The notes under the pieces were generated by a model. It had not been told where the DNA came from and searched no databases. It was given only the letters and a program-made list of their open reading frames with translations. DNA of 64,000 nt from an uncultured Syntrophaceae bacterium (GTDB lineage Bacteria > Desulfobacterota > Syntrophia > Syntrophales > UBA2192). Below are positions 1 to 8,695 of this stretch, piece by piece. Location of the stretch: positions 9,367-73,366 of the forward strand of contig CAZPCN010000011.1 of the NCBI GenBank assembly GCA_964585095.1, given 5' to 3'. The position numbers and the translations under genes are program-made. The number at the start of each line of letters is the position of its first letter. The stretch's first letter is position 1.

Positions 1-639
1 CAGGAACTCGTCGACCGGGACCTCTCCACCTTCGGGTTTCTCGGCTACCCCGTCCTCCAGGCGGCGGACATCATCATGTACAAGGCCTACGGCGTGCCCG
101 TGGGCGTCGACCAGCTGCCCCACGTCGAGCTGACCCGCGAGATCGCCCGGCGGTTCAATTTCCTCTACCGGGAGATCTTCCCGATCCCCGAGCCGCTCAT
201 GACGGAGGTGCCGAAGCTGCTCGGCATCGACGGGCGCAAGATGAGCAAGTCCTACGACAACGCGATCTACCTGAGCGACCGCGGGGAGGAGCTGCGCAAG
301 AAGATCGAGTCCATGTTCACCGACCCGCAGCGCCAGCGCAAGAGCGACCCCGGCCGGCCGGAGGTCTGCAACGTCTTCGCCTTCCACAACCTCTACTCGC
401 CGCCGGTAGAGGTCGCCCAGATCGAAGAGGACTGCCGCAAGGCGGCCATCGGCTGCGTGCAGTGCAAGAAGCGGCTGGCCGGGCGCATCGCGGAAGGCCT
501 CAGGCCGATCCACGACAAACAGGACTACTACCGCTCGCACATCCGGGAAGTCCACGACATCGTCGCCGACGGGAACGAGCGGGCTCGGACGGTGGCCCGG
601 GCGACGATGGCCGAGGTGCGCGACGCCATCCGGATCTGA
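1..639 (+). CDS. trpS: tryptophan--tRNA ligase, C-terminal part (5' end lies outside the window)
   Basis: Frame 1 is open from nt 1. It carries the class I aaRS KMSKS motif (GRKMSKSYDNAIYL) and a PHVELTREIARRFN region typical of TrpRS. ORF-track entry 76..639 is the tail of this gene. Confidence 0.9.
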   Translation, partial: QELVDRDLSTFGFLGYPVLQAADIIMYKAYGVPVGVDQLPHVELTREIARRFNFLYREIFPIPEPLMTEVPKLLGIDGRKMSKSYDNAIYLSDRGEELRKKIESMFTDPQRQRKSDPGRPEVCNVFAFHNLYSPPVEVAQIEEDCRKAAIGCVQCKKRLAGRIAEGLRPIHDKQDYYRSHIREVHDIVADGNERARTVARATMAEVRDAIRI

Positions 640-644
640 TCGCC

Positions 645-1376
645 ATGAGCTACGAGGTCAAACTCGACATCTTTGAGGGGCCCCTCGATCTTCTCCTGTA
701 CCTGATCCGGAAGAACGAGCTCGACATCTACAACATCCCCATGGCCCTCGTCACGGAACAGTATCTCGAGCACCTCGAGATGATGAAGGCCCTCAATCTC
801 GACCTGGCCGGGGAGTACCTGGTGCTGGCGGCCACCCTCATCCACATCAAGTCGAGGATGCTCCTGCCCGTCGAGGAAGGGACGGGGGAGACGGAAGAGG
901 AGCGGGACCCGCGGGCGGACCTGGTCCGGCAGCTCCTGGAGTACCAGGCCTTCAAGGAAGTGGCCCTCAGCCTGGACAAGAGACGGATGCTGGACCGGGA
1001 CGTGTTCAAGCGACTCCTGCCCGCAGACGAGATCCCCGACGAGCCGGAGGAGGCGATGATGGAGGTGAGCCTCTTCGAGCTCATCGAGGCCTTCAAGCAG
1101 GTCGTCGAGAGGATGGACAAGGAGGACCTCCTGGAGATCGACACGGAGCGGATCTCGCTGTCCGACCGGATCAACGAGATCCTCGAGGATCTCTCGAGGG
1201 AGAAGAGCCTCTCCTTCACCGATCTGCTGAAGTCGAGCCGCACCCGCAAGAGCATCATCTACACGCTGCTGGCCATCCTGGAGCTCATGAAGATGCGCGT
1301 GGTCAGGGCCTTTCAGTCCGATCCCTTCGGGCAGATCCGAATATTCCCGGCGGTGGAGGAGTCAACCGATGGATGA
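645..1376 (+). CDS. scpA: segregation and condensation protein A (kleisin)
   Basis: An internal ATG at 645 within ORF 462..1376 gives MSYEVKLDIFEGPLDLLLYLIRKNELDIYNIP, a typical ScpA N-terminus. scpB follows it. Confidence 0.85.
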   Translation: MSYEVKLDIFEGPLDLLLYLIRKNELDIYNIPMALVTEQYLEHLEMMKALNLDLAGEYLVLAATLIHIKSRMLLPVEEGTGETEEERDPRADLVRQLLEYQAFKEVALSLDKRRMLDRDVFKRLLPADEIPDEPEEAMMEVSLFELIEAFKQVVERMDKEDLLEIDTERISLSDRINEILEDLSREKSLSFTDLLKSSRTRKSIIYTLLAILELMKMRVVRAFQSDPFGQIRIFPAVEESTDG

Positions 1377-1890
1377 CATGAGATCCGTTGTCGAGGCGCT
1401 GGTGTTCGCTTCGGACGCCCCCGTCTCGGTGGACCGTTTGAAGGACGTCCTCGGGGAGGTGGATCGCAAGGCGATCCTGGAGATCCTGCAGGACATCGAG
1501 CTGGAATACCGGCAGCGGCGCGGCGGTCTGTGCCTCATGGAAGTCGCCGGCGGCTACCAGTTCAGGACCAAGGTGGAGTTCTCCCCCTGGATCCGCAAGC
1601 TGCGGGGGATCCGCCCAGTGCCGCTTTCGCCCGCAGCCATGGAGACCCTCTCCGTCGTCGCGTACCGCCAGCCCGTGACGCGACAGGAGGTCGAAAAGAT
1701 CCGCGGGGTCGATGTGAGCGGCTCCCTCAAGGGGCTGCTGGAGAAAAAGCTTGTCCGGATCGTGGGCCGAAAGAACGTCCCCGGGAAGCCCATCATGTAC
1801 GGCACGACAAAGCGCTTCCTCGAGGTCTTCGATCTGAAGGATCTCTCCGAGCTGCCGACACTTCGGGAAATCACGGAAATGGAGGAATAG
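1369..1890 (+). CDS. scpB: segregation and condensation protein B
   Basis: The 173-aa product contains VEALVFASDAPVSVDRL and VVAYRQPVTRQEVEKIRGV winged-helix motifs. It overlaps the scpA stop by 8 nt. Confidence 0.85.
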   Translation: MDDMRSVVEALVFASDAPVSVDRLKDVLGEVDRKAILEILQDIELEYRQRRGGLCLMEVAGGYQFRTKVEFSPWIRKLRGIRPVPLSPAAMETLSVVAYRQPVTRQEVEKIRGVDVSGSLKGLLEKKLVRIVGRKNVPGKPIMYGTTKRFLEVFDLKDLSELPTLREITEMEE

Positions 1891-1894
1891 TCCC

Positions 1895-2623
1895 ATGGAG
1901 GAGCGGCTCCAGAAGATCATCGCCGCCGCGGGCATCTGTTCGAGGCGGGCGGCCGAGGAGCTCATCCTTGCCGGGAAGGTGCAGGTCAACGACCGCATCG
2001 TCAGGCAGCTGGGGACGAAGGCCGACCCGGGGCGGGACGAGATCCGCATCGACGGGCGTCTGATCACGACCGAAGTGGAACGCGTCTACCTGATGCTCAA
2101 CAAGCCCGCCGGGTACGTGACCACGCTGAAGGACCCCGAGGGCAGGCCCGTCGTCACGGACCTCGTGCGGGACGTGGGCCAGCGCGTTTACCCCGTGGGA
2201 AGACTGGATTACGACTCCGAGGGCTTGCTCATCCTGACCAACGACGGCGCCTTTGCCGAACGGGTCCAGCATCCGCGGTACGAGATCCCGCGCACCTACC
2301 TGGCGAAGGTCCGCGGCAGGGTAACCCGGAAGGAACTCCAATCACTCCTCAAGGGGATCGAACTGGAGGACGGGCCCTTCACGGTCGACGGCATCCAGGA
2401 GGAGAAGTTCAACGAAAAGAGCCAGTGGCTCCGTGTGACCATCTCCGAGGGCCGCAACCGGATCATCCGGCGGGCCATGGAGGCCCTGGGGCATCCCGTG
2501 GCGAGATTGATCCGCGTTTCCCTGGGGAGCCTGGAGCTGGGAAGCCTCAAGCCGGGCGAGCACCGGCAGCTCCGCAGGAAAGAAGTCGGGGGGCTTTTGC
2601 GGCCCCAGCGGAAAAAAGCGTAA
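1895..2623 (+). CDS. rluB: 23S rRNA pseudouridine synthase, RsuA/RluB family
   Basis: It has an N-terminal S4 domain (RLQKIIAAAGICSRRAAEELILAGKVQVN) and an RsuA-family core (YLMLNKPAGYVTT, GRLDYDSEGLLILTNDG). Confidence 0.8.
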   Translation: MEERLQKIIAAAGICSRRAAEELILAGKVQVNDRIVRQLGTKADPGRDEIRIDGRLITTEVERVYLMLNKPAGYVTTLKDPEGRPVVTDLVRDVGQRVYPVGRLDYDSEGLLILTNDGAFAERVQHPRYEIPRTYLAKVRGRVTRKELQSLLKGIELEDGPFTVDGIQEEKFNEKSQWLRVTISEGRNRIIRRAMEALGHPVARLIRVSLGSLELGSLKPGEHRQLRRKEVGGLLRPQRKKA

Positions 2624-2631
2624 AAATGTTC

Positions 2632-2661
2632 TTGACATTCCGGGACGATGGAAACTAATAT
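2632..2661 (+). promoter_or_regulatory. candidate sigma70 promoter for the IHF-like gene
   Basis: TTGACA (2632-2637), 18 nt spacer, TAATAT (2656-2661). It sits about 85 nt upstream of the ATG at 2746. Confidence 0.4.
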
Positions 2662-2745
2662 CCAATGAAAACGCGCAATTAATCCCTTTTCATTTTTGGA
2701 TCGACAAGCCCTTGGGGCTTATTCCGCTTTATACGGGGGGGGACC

Positions 2746-3072
2746 ATGAACAAGTCGGGATTGATCGAGGAGCTGGCACGGAGGGAGAACCTGACGGAGA
2801 AAAAGGCCACCGACGTGGTCAATCTCATTTTCAAGGGATTCACGGAAGAGCTCAAGAATAACGGGCGGATCGAGATCCGCGGCCTCGGCAGCTTCGTCGT
2901 GCGCAACTACGAGTCCTACACGGGGCGAAACCCCAAGACGGGTATGAACATCACCGTTTCCCCGAAGCGGCTTCCCTTCTTCAAGGTCGGCAAGGAGCTT
3001 CGCGACAAGGTGAACCTGGAAGATGAAGACGAGAACGGCATGGAGAGTGAAATCAGCAACATCGCGGAATGA
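2746..3072 (+). CDS. ihfB: integration host factor beta-like DNA-bending protein (HU/IHF family)
   Basis: The 108-aa product carries RIEIRGLGSFVVRNYESYTGRNPKTG...PFFKVGKELRDKVN, a close match to the IHF-beta signature. The C-terminal tail is acidic. Confidence 0.75.
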   Translation: MNKSGLIEELARRENLTEKKATDVVNLIFKGFTEELKNNGRIEIRGLGSFVVRNYESYTGRNPKTGMNITVSPKRLPFFKVGKELRDKVNLEDEDENGMESEISNIAE

Positions 3073-3130
3073 CTCCGTTCCCTTGAGACCGGGCCCGCCG
3101 CAGCGTTAGAAGACAGGGGATCATGATCCG

Positions 3131-4033
3131 ATGATCCCTTTTTCGTTTATGGGACTGAAATCCAGCCTTCGCCGCTTCCTTTCGAGCCCCGGGTTCAATC
3201 ACCCCCTTGTCCCGGCGGGGCTCTTCGCCGTGACCGTTTTCACGACCCTCGCGGCCGGGGCGCTGCAGGCCGGCGTGAACCCCATCGAGAACCCTTCAGG
3301 CATCTGGAAGGGCATCCCCTTTTCCTTCACGCTGCTCCTGATCCTGGGCTGCCACGAACTGGGCCATTGGGTGGCCTCCCGCAGGCACGGGGTGGATGTC
3401 AGCTTCCCCTACTTCATCCCGGGACCCACGCTCGTGGGGACCTTCGGGGCCTTCATCGCCATGAAATCCCCCATATCGGACCGCAATGCCCTCATCGACA
3501 TCGGTGCGGCGGGGCCCCTCGCGGGGCTCGTCGTGACGATCCCCGTCCTGTTCGTGGGCCTGGCGCTCTCTCAGATCGTGCCGGCGGCGCAGACGGAGGG
3601 GGCCGGCATCCATCTCGGCGAATGCGCCCTGTTCTCGGCCGTCAACTGGCTCGTCAACGGCACGATCGGGCCCGACCAGGACGTGATCCTGCACCCCATG
3701 GCCTTCGCGGGATGGATCGGCCTGCTCGTGACCTCCCTCAACCTCATTCCCGTGGGGCAGCTCGACGGCGGGCACATCATCTACGCGATCTTCGGACAGC
3801 GCCAGCGCGAGGTGGCCTGGATGGTGGTGGGGATGCTGCTCGTTCTCGGCATCGTGGGCTGGGAAGGGTGGCTCATCTGGGGCGGGATCCTGCTCGCACT
3901 GGGCGTGCGCCACCCTCCGGTAATCTACGACTGGGGCGAGCTGGACAACCGGCGCCTGGCGGTGGGGTATGTGGCCATGCTGTGCTTTGCCCTGACCTTT
4001 ACCCCTATCCCCTTCACCAGCATCAACATCTGA
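3131..4033 (+). CDS. site-2 protease family (M50) membrane metalloprotease
   Basis: The product is a polytopic hydrophobic protein with an HExxH motif (GCHELGHWVASRRHGV) and a downstream LNLIPVGQLDGGH motif. Confidence 0.8.
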   Translation: MIPFSFMGLKSSLRRFLSSPGFNHPLVPAGLFAVTVFTTLAAGALQAGVNPIENPSGIWKGIPFSFTLLLILGCHELGHWVASRRHGVDVSFPYFIPGPTLVGTFGAFIAMKSPISDRNALIDIGAAGPLAGLVVTIPVLFVGLALSQIVPAAQTEGAGIHLGECALFSAVNWLVNGTIGPDQDVILHPMAFAGWIGLLVTSLNLIPVGQLDGGHIIYAIFGQRQREVAWMVVGMLLVLGIVGWEGWLIWGGILLALGVRHPPVIYDWGELDNRRLAVGYVAMLCFALTFTPIPFTSINI

Positions 4034-4035
4034 AA

Positions 4036-4070
4036 GGGTCTCGGGTCACGGGGATAGGGTCTAGGGCACA
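4036..4070 (+). repeat. GGGTNNN heptad array, 5 units (gggtctc gggtcac ggggata gggtcta gggcaca)
   Basis: Read directly. It starts 2 nt after the M50 protease stop (4031-4033). It is the left arm of an inverted pair. Confidence 0.9.
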
Positions 4071-4109
4071 AAGGTACAGAAGAAATTTAGAAACGAATTC
4101 TGCTTCCTT

Positions 4110-4141
4110 CCCGATACCCGATACCCTAAACCCGATACCCC
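4110..4141 (-). repeat. GGGTNNN heptad array, 4 units on the minus strand (gggtatc gggttta gggtatc gggtatc)
   Basis: Read directly. It starts 4 nt after the radC stop (4146-4148) on radC's sense strand. It is the right arm of the inverted pair, and the two arms flank a 39-nt AT-rich core. Confidence 0.9.
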
Positions 4142-4145
4142 TTTC

Positions 4146-4829
4146 TCAGAGGATGCCCTCCTCCCGGAAGCTGAAGAATCGGTTCTCGCCCACGATGAGG
4201 TGGTCGTGCAGCGCGATGTCCATGATGCGCGCCGCGTCCTGGAGGACCCTCGTGAGGCGGATGTCCGCGTCGGAGGGGCGTACGTGGCCCGAGGGGTGGT
4301 TGTGGACGAGGATGATGGCCGAGGCCTTGTGCGCGAGGGCCTTTTCGAGGACCTTGCGGGGGTAGACGACGGCCTGGTTCACGATGCCTTCCTGGATCGT
4401 CTCCACCCGGATGATGCGGTTGCGGGCGTTGAGGTAGATGACGGCGAAGTGCTCGTCCTTCAGGCCGCCCATGGACGAGAGACAGTAGTCGATCAGCTCC
4501 CTCGTCGAGGAGATCTGTTCGTGCTCCTCGGCCCTCTGCCGCAGGGTGAGGGACCCGACATCGCGAACGACGCGGAAGAGGGTGGCGGCGTGGGGGCCGA
4601 TCCCCGGGGTTGCCAGCAGGGCCTCGCGGTCGGCGTCGAGCACCCCCTTCAGGGAGCCGAAGCGCTTGAGAAGCTCCTTCGCCAGGGGCTTCACGTCCCT
4701 GCGGGGCAGGGCGTAGAACAGCAACAGTTCCAGGACCTCGTAATCCTGCAGGCCTGCGACGCCCGCCCGTTCGAACCGGGCTTTCAGCCTGTCGCGGTGT
4801 CCCAGGTGGTGGGGGCCGTCGGGGGTCAT
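4146..4829 (-). CDS. radC: RadC-like JAB/JAMM domain protein (UPF0758)
   Basis: The 227-aa product has an N-terminal HhH region (GHRDRLKARF...LQDYEVLELLLFYALPRRDVKPLAKELLKRFGSL) and the JAMM motif HNHPSGHVRPSDADIRLT. Confidence 0.85.
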   Translation of the reverse strand: MTPDGPHHLGHRDRLKARFERAGVAGLQDYEVLELLLFYALPRRDVKPLAKELLKRFGSLKGVLDADREALLATPGIGPHAATLFRVVRDVGSLTLRQRAEEHEQISSTRELIDYCLSSMGGLKDEHFAVIYLNARNRIIRVETIQEGIVNQAVVYPRKVLEKALAHKASAIILVHNHPSGHVRPSDADIRLTRVLQDAARIMDIALHDHLIVGENRFFSFREEGIL

Positions 4830-4856
4830 CGTCGATGCTATCCTCCGGGGTTTCCG

Positions 4857-5702
4857 TCAGTGTTTCAGTCTGAACAGCCGCACGCCCACAACCGACAGGA
4901 GGTAAGCCGCCCCTGCGATCACGATGATCGTCGCCCCGGCGGGCAGGTTGGGGCCGTAGCTCAGCGCAAGCCCGGTCGTCGTAAACGCGACGGTGAGCAG
5001 GGCCGACAGCAGCATCATGTGCCAGAGCCGTTTCGTGAATTCGCCGGCGACGGCGGCGGGAAGCGTGATGATGGCGATGACCATGATGATCCCCACGATG
5101 GTGACGAGCAGCACGACGGTGAGGGCGGTCATGCAGAGAAGGAGCAGGTAGAACCCTTCGACCCGGATCCCCCGGAGCCGGGCGAATTCCTCGTCGAAGC
5201 AGATGGCGAGGAACTGGTTGTAGAAAAGCGCGGCGGCGATCACGACGAGAAGATCCAGGCCGGCGATCAGCCACAGGTCCTGGGCGGAGACCATCAGGAT
5301 GCTCCCGAAGAGGTAGCTCATCAGGTCCTCGTTGTAGCCGGGCGTCTGGGAGATGAACAGGATTCCCGCAGCCATGCCCACGGCCCAGAGGGCGCCGATC
5401 ACGGTGTCCTCGCGCTGCCGCGCCTTCATGCTGACCAGCCCGATGGCGAGCGCCGCGATCAGGGAGGCCAGGACGGCGCCGTAGAGGGGCTCGAACCAGT
5501 CCCAGCCGTGAACCACCTGGAAGTAGCGCGCGGCCCCGAGACCGCCCAGAACGGTGTGGGAGATGCTCCCCGCGATGTAGCTGATCTTCCGGGTGACGAC
5601 GTAGCTGCCGATGATCCCGCAGGCGACGCTCGCGAGCACCCCGGCGAGCAGGGCATGCTGCAGGAACGGGTATCGCGGCAGGTCCGTCAGGAATTCTCCC
5701 AT
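4857..5702 (-). CDS. znuB: metal (Zn/Mn-type) ABC transporter permease
   Basis: The 281-aa hydrophobic product belongs to the ABC-3 family (FLQHALLAGVLASVACGIIGSYVV). It lies in an operon with the ATPase, the binding protein and Zur. Confidence 0.8.
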   Translation of the reverse strand: MGEFLTDLPRYPFLQHALLAGVLASVACGIIGSYVVTRKISYIAGSISHTVLGGLGAARYFQVVHGWDWFEPLYGAVLASLIAALAIGLVSMKARQREDTVIGALWAVGMAAGILFISQTPGYNEDLMSYLFGSILMVSAQDLWLIAGLDLLVVIAAALFYNQFLAICFDEEFARLRGIRVEGFYLLLLCMTALTVVLLVTIVGIIMVIAIITLPAAVAGEFTKRLWHMMLLSALLTVAFTTTGLALSYGPNLPAGATIIVIAGAAYLLSVVGVRLFRLKH

Positions 5703-5718
5703 GGGTTGTTCCCTTCTC

Positions 5719-6459
5719 TCATCCGTCCCGGTGATGGTGCCGGACCATGCAGACGTCGGACAGGTAGAGATCCCGGATGACCTCGCCCGTCACGGTTGCG
5801 GTCGGGTGAACCAGGACCCGGCGATTGACGCACACCACGCTCTGAACGTACTGGGAAACGAATCCCAGGTCGTGGCTGACCACGATCACCGTGATCGTTT
5901 TGCTCATCTCGTGGAGCAGCTCGAAGAGCTCCGTTTCCACCACCATGTCCACGTTTGCCGTCGGTTCGTCGAGGAACAGCATCTGCGGTTCCGAGGCCAG
6001 GGCCCGGGCGATGAGCACCCGCTGGCGCTGTCCGCCGGACAGGGCCATGAACGGCCGGCCGGCAAGGTCCTGCATCTCGAGCTTCCGCAGCGCATCGAGG
6101 GCAATGGCCCGGTCCGTGCGGCTGTACGGGCCGATTCGCCCTCCCGGTCCCAGGCGCCCCATGAGGACGACATCGAGAACGCTCACGGGAAACTGCAGGT
6201 CGAGCTGGACCTGCTGGGGCATGTACCCGATGCGGGTCCGCGCCTTCTCGGGGGGCATCCCCAGGACCTCGAGGGTCCCTTGCGAAGGCCGGAGCAGGCC
6301 CAGCATGAGCTTCAGCAGGGTCGTCTTGCCGCCCGCATTGGGCCCGACGATCGAGATGAACGACCGTTCCTGGATCGTGAAATGGACATCCTCCAGGACG
6401 GGGATCCCGTCGTAGGAAAACGACACGTGGCTGGCCTTGACGACGTCCCTGGGATTCAT
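5719..6459 (-). CDS. znuC: metal ABC transporter ATP-binding protein
   Basis: It has Walker A GPNAGGKTTLLK, the ABC signature LSGGQRQRVLIARAL and Walker B LFLDEP. Confidence 0.85.
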   Translation of the reverse strand: MNPRDVVKASHVSFSYDGIPVLEDVHFTIQERSFISIVGPNAGGKTTLLKLMLGLLRPSQGTLEVLGMPPEKARTRIGYMPQQVQLDLQFPVSVLDVVLMGRLGPGGRIGPYSRTDRAIALDALRKLEMQDLAGRPFMALSGGQRQRVLIARALASEPQMLFLDEPTANVDMVVETELFELLHEMSKTITVIVVSHDLGFVSQYVQSVVCVNRRVLVHPTATVTGEVIRDLYLSDVCMVRHHHRDG

Positions 6460-6465
6460 GGCTCC

Positions 6466-7371
6466 TCAGCGCAGGCCCTGCTCGACGGCAGAGGCAATGG
6501 TTTCGAGGTTCGCGAGGTATTCCCTCGAGAGCGGATTGATCGGGACCACGGCGCCCCCGATCGACGTCGCCACCACCGCGGCGCTCTTGCTCGAGAATTG
6601 CGGCTGCACGAAGATCACCCGGACGCCGTCCGCCCGTGCCCTGTCGATCAGGTCGGCCAGCTGCCTGGCCCCCGGTTCCTTCCCCTCGATCTCGATGGGG
6701 ACCTGGATCAGCCCGTAGGCGTCCGCGAAATATCCGAAGGCGGGGTGAAACACGTACATCTTCCGGCCCTGGAGAGGGGCGAGCGAGCGGGCAATGCGGG
6801 CATCCACCCGGTCCAGATCGTCCTGGAAGGCCTTCAGGTTCAGGGCGTACTGCTGCGAGTGTGCCGGGTCCAGGCGGCACAGGGCGTCGTGGATGTTCCG
6901 CGCCACGATCTTCGCGAGCCTCGGCGACATCCAGATGTGGGGATCGTGCGTTGCCGCGCCCCTACCGGCCCGCCGGTGTCCGTGGCTGTGCCCGTCTTCG
7001 CCGTGGTCGTGTCCGGCAAGGGTGCGCGTGGGGACCCCTTTCTGCGTCTCGACGAGGAGCAGGTTCCTGTGGGAGCGGCCGATCTTCTTCGTCAGGCCCC
7101 GTTCGAACCCGACCCCGATGAGGAAGAGGCCCCGGGCCTCGCTGAGCCTGGCCATCTGCTTCGGCGTCGGCTCGTAGGCGTGCGGCGACTGTCCCTCGCC
7201 GACGAGAACCTCGACACGGACCCGGTCCCCGCCGATCCGCTCGAGAAAATAGGATTGCGGGAGGATGCTGACAAACACGGTCATCCGGGATGGCTCGACC
7301 TCTCCCCACGCGGTCTGCCAGAAAGCGGCGACGAGCACCGCGATCAGGATCGTCATCGCGCCTTTTTTCAT
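6466..7371 (-). CDS. znuA: periplasmic metal-binding protein with His-rich loop (ZnuA-like)
   Basis: The start is the internal ATG at 7371 (MKKGAMTILIAVLVAAF signal peptide). The product has a cluster-9 SBP fold and a His-rich loop, GHDHGEDGHSHGH, typical of Zn-specific members. Confidence 0.8.
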   Translation of the reverse strand: MKKGAMTILIAVLVAAFWQTAWGEVEPSRMTVFVSILPQSYFLERIGGDRVRVEVLVGEGQSPHAYEPTPKQMARLSEARGLFLIGVGFERGLTKKIGRSHRNLLLVETQKGVPTRTLAGHDHGEDGHSHGHRRAGRGAATHDPHIWMSPRLAKIVARNIHDALCRLDPAHSQQYALNLKAFQDDLDRVDARIARSLAPLQGRKMYVFHPAFGYFADAYGLIQVPIEIEGKEPGARQLADLIDRARADGVRVIFVQPQFSSKSAAVVATSIGGAVVPINPLSREYLANLETIASAVEQGLR

Positions 7372-7853
7372 GGAGAACTCCTTCTTTCCCCAGGATGGCC
7401 TTTCAGACGACCGGCCGGATTCCGGCCGATTTCTTTCCGGCACCGGCGGCACAATCCCGTGAAGTGGATGGCGACGGTCTCGATGGTCTCTTCCGCCGTC
7501 CGATACTCCCGAAGCCACCGCTCCTGGTTTCCCGCCGTGGGCAGGCAGGCGAGGCTCCGGCAGGCGCGGCAGTAGAAATGGGGGTGCGTCGGGTTGTGCC
7601 GGCAGGCCATTTCGAAGAAGTTCTCCCCGTGGTCCGTCGCGATTTCCCGGATGATGCTGCCGGCCTTGAAGGATGCCAGGATTCGGTAGACCGTGACCTT
7701 GTTGATCCGGCTCTCTCCGGACACCCGCTGAAGGATGTCCCGGGCGCTCAGCGGCGTCTCCGCGTGCACGAGCGCCGTCAGCACCGCTAGGCGCTGGGAC
7801 GTCTTCGAAAGGCCCGCCCGTTCCAGGGTGGTGTGGATGTCGCAGTGTCCCAT
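7368..7853 (-). CDS. zur: Fur-family transcriptional regulator, probable Zur
   Basis: The start is the ATG at 7853 (MGHCDIHTTLERAGLSKTSQRLAVLTAL). The product has two CxxC pairs (CRACRSLAC, CRRC). Its stop overlaps the znuA start in an ATGA overlap. Confidence 0.7.
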   Translation of the reverse strand: MGHCDIHTTLERAGLSKTSQRLAVLTALVHAETPLSARDILQRVSGESRINKVTVYRILASFKAGSIIREIATDHGENFFEMACRHNPTHPHFYCRACRSLACLPTAGNQERWLREYRTAEETIETVAIHFTGLCRRCRKEIGRNPAGRLKGHPGERRSSP

Positions 7854-7871
7854 GGAAACACCATACAATAG

Positions 7872-7888
7872 ATGCAACTCGTTTGCAA
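7872..7888. promoter_or_regulatory. candidate Zur operator (imperfect palindrome ATGCAAC-tcg-TTTGCAA)
   Basis: It lies 19-35 nt upstream of the zur ATG, in the zur/ccdA divergent region, and contains the perfect 10-nt palindrome GTTTGCAAAC (7881-7890). From memory it resembles the ATGCAAC-N3-GTTGCAT Zur signal proposed for Desulfovibrio. I have not verified this. Confidence 0.35.
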
Positions 7889-7972
7889 ACAGTTTCCCCT
7901 CCCCGCCGTCCCGCGCTTGCGCGTCCCCCCGAATTGCGTTATGGAGGGGCAGGACGAACGCGGAGGGGCGGA

Positions 7973-8677
7973 ATGGTCGAACAGCTCGCAGCGCAATTCG
8001 AAGTCCATCTCGGGCATTCATTCCTGCTGGCCTATGCGGCGGCATACCTGGCCGGCGTCCTGGTCAGCTTCACCCCCTGCGTCTATCCCGTCGTCCCGAT
8101 CACGGCGGCCGTGATCGGCGCGCAAGGCGGGGTATCGGCCGGCAGGGGATTTGCGCTCTCGCTGAGTTTTGTCCTGGGACTGGCGGTCACCTACACGGCC
8201 ATCGGGATGTTCGCGGCCCTGACGGGGAGGCTCTTCGGTTCGATCCAGGCGAGCCCCCTGACGCAGGGCGCGCTCGGCGTCCTCTTCGTCCTCATGGGGC
8301 TCGCCATGCTGGAGGTCTTCCACCTTTCGCTCGAGCGCTTCATCCCGCGTCCCCGGGCGGGGGCGGGGCGCAAGGGGATCGTCGGGAGCTTTGCGATCGG
8401 GCTGACCTCGGGCTTCCTGTTGGGCCCCTGCACGGCCCCCGTGCTGGCCGTGATCCTTGGCGTGGTGGCCGCGCGGCAGAGCGTGTTCTTCGGCGGGTCG
8501 CTGCTGTTTGTCTTCTCCTTCGGCGTGGGCACGCTTCTCATTCTCGTCGGCACCTTTACGGGCATCCTGGCCGGTCTTCCGAAGTCGGGCGCCTGGATGA
8601 CGGGCGTGAAAAAAATCTCGGGCGTCGTCCTGCTTGCCGCCGGCGCATATTTTCTGTACAGTGCCCTCATCCACTAA
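7973..8677 (+). CDS. ccdA: cytochrome c biogenesis/thiol-disulfide transporter CcdA (DsbD family)
   Basis: The start is the internal ATG at 7973. The membrane protein carries the two conserved Cys motifs FTPCVYPVVP and LLGPCTAPVLA. Confidence 0.8.
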   Translation: MVEQLAAQFEVHLGHSFLLAYAAAYLAGVLVSFTPCVYPVVPITAAVIGAQGGVSAGRGFALSLSFVLGLAVTYTAIGMFAALTGRLFGSIQASPLTQGALGVLFVLMGLAMLEVFHLSLERFIPRPRAGAGRKGIVGSFAIGLTSGFLLGPCTAPVLAVILGVVAARQSVFFGGSLLFVFSFGVGTLLILVGTFTGILAGLPKSGAWMTGVKKISGVVLLAAGAYFLYSALIH

Positions 8678-8695
8678 GCGAGAGGTTCCGATCCG

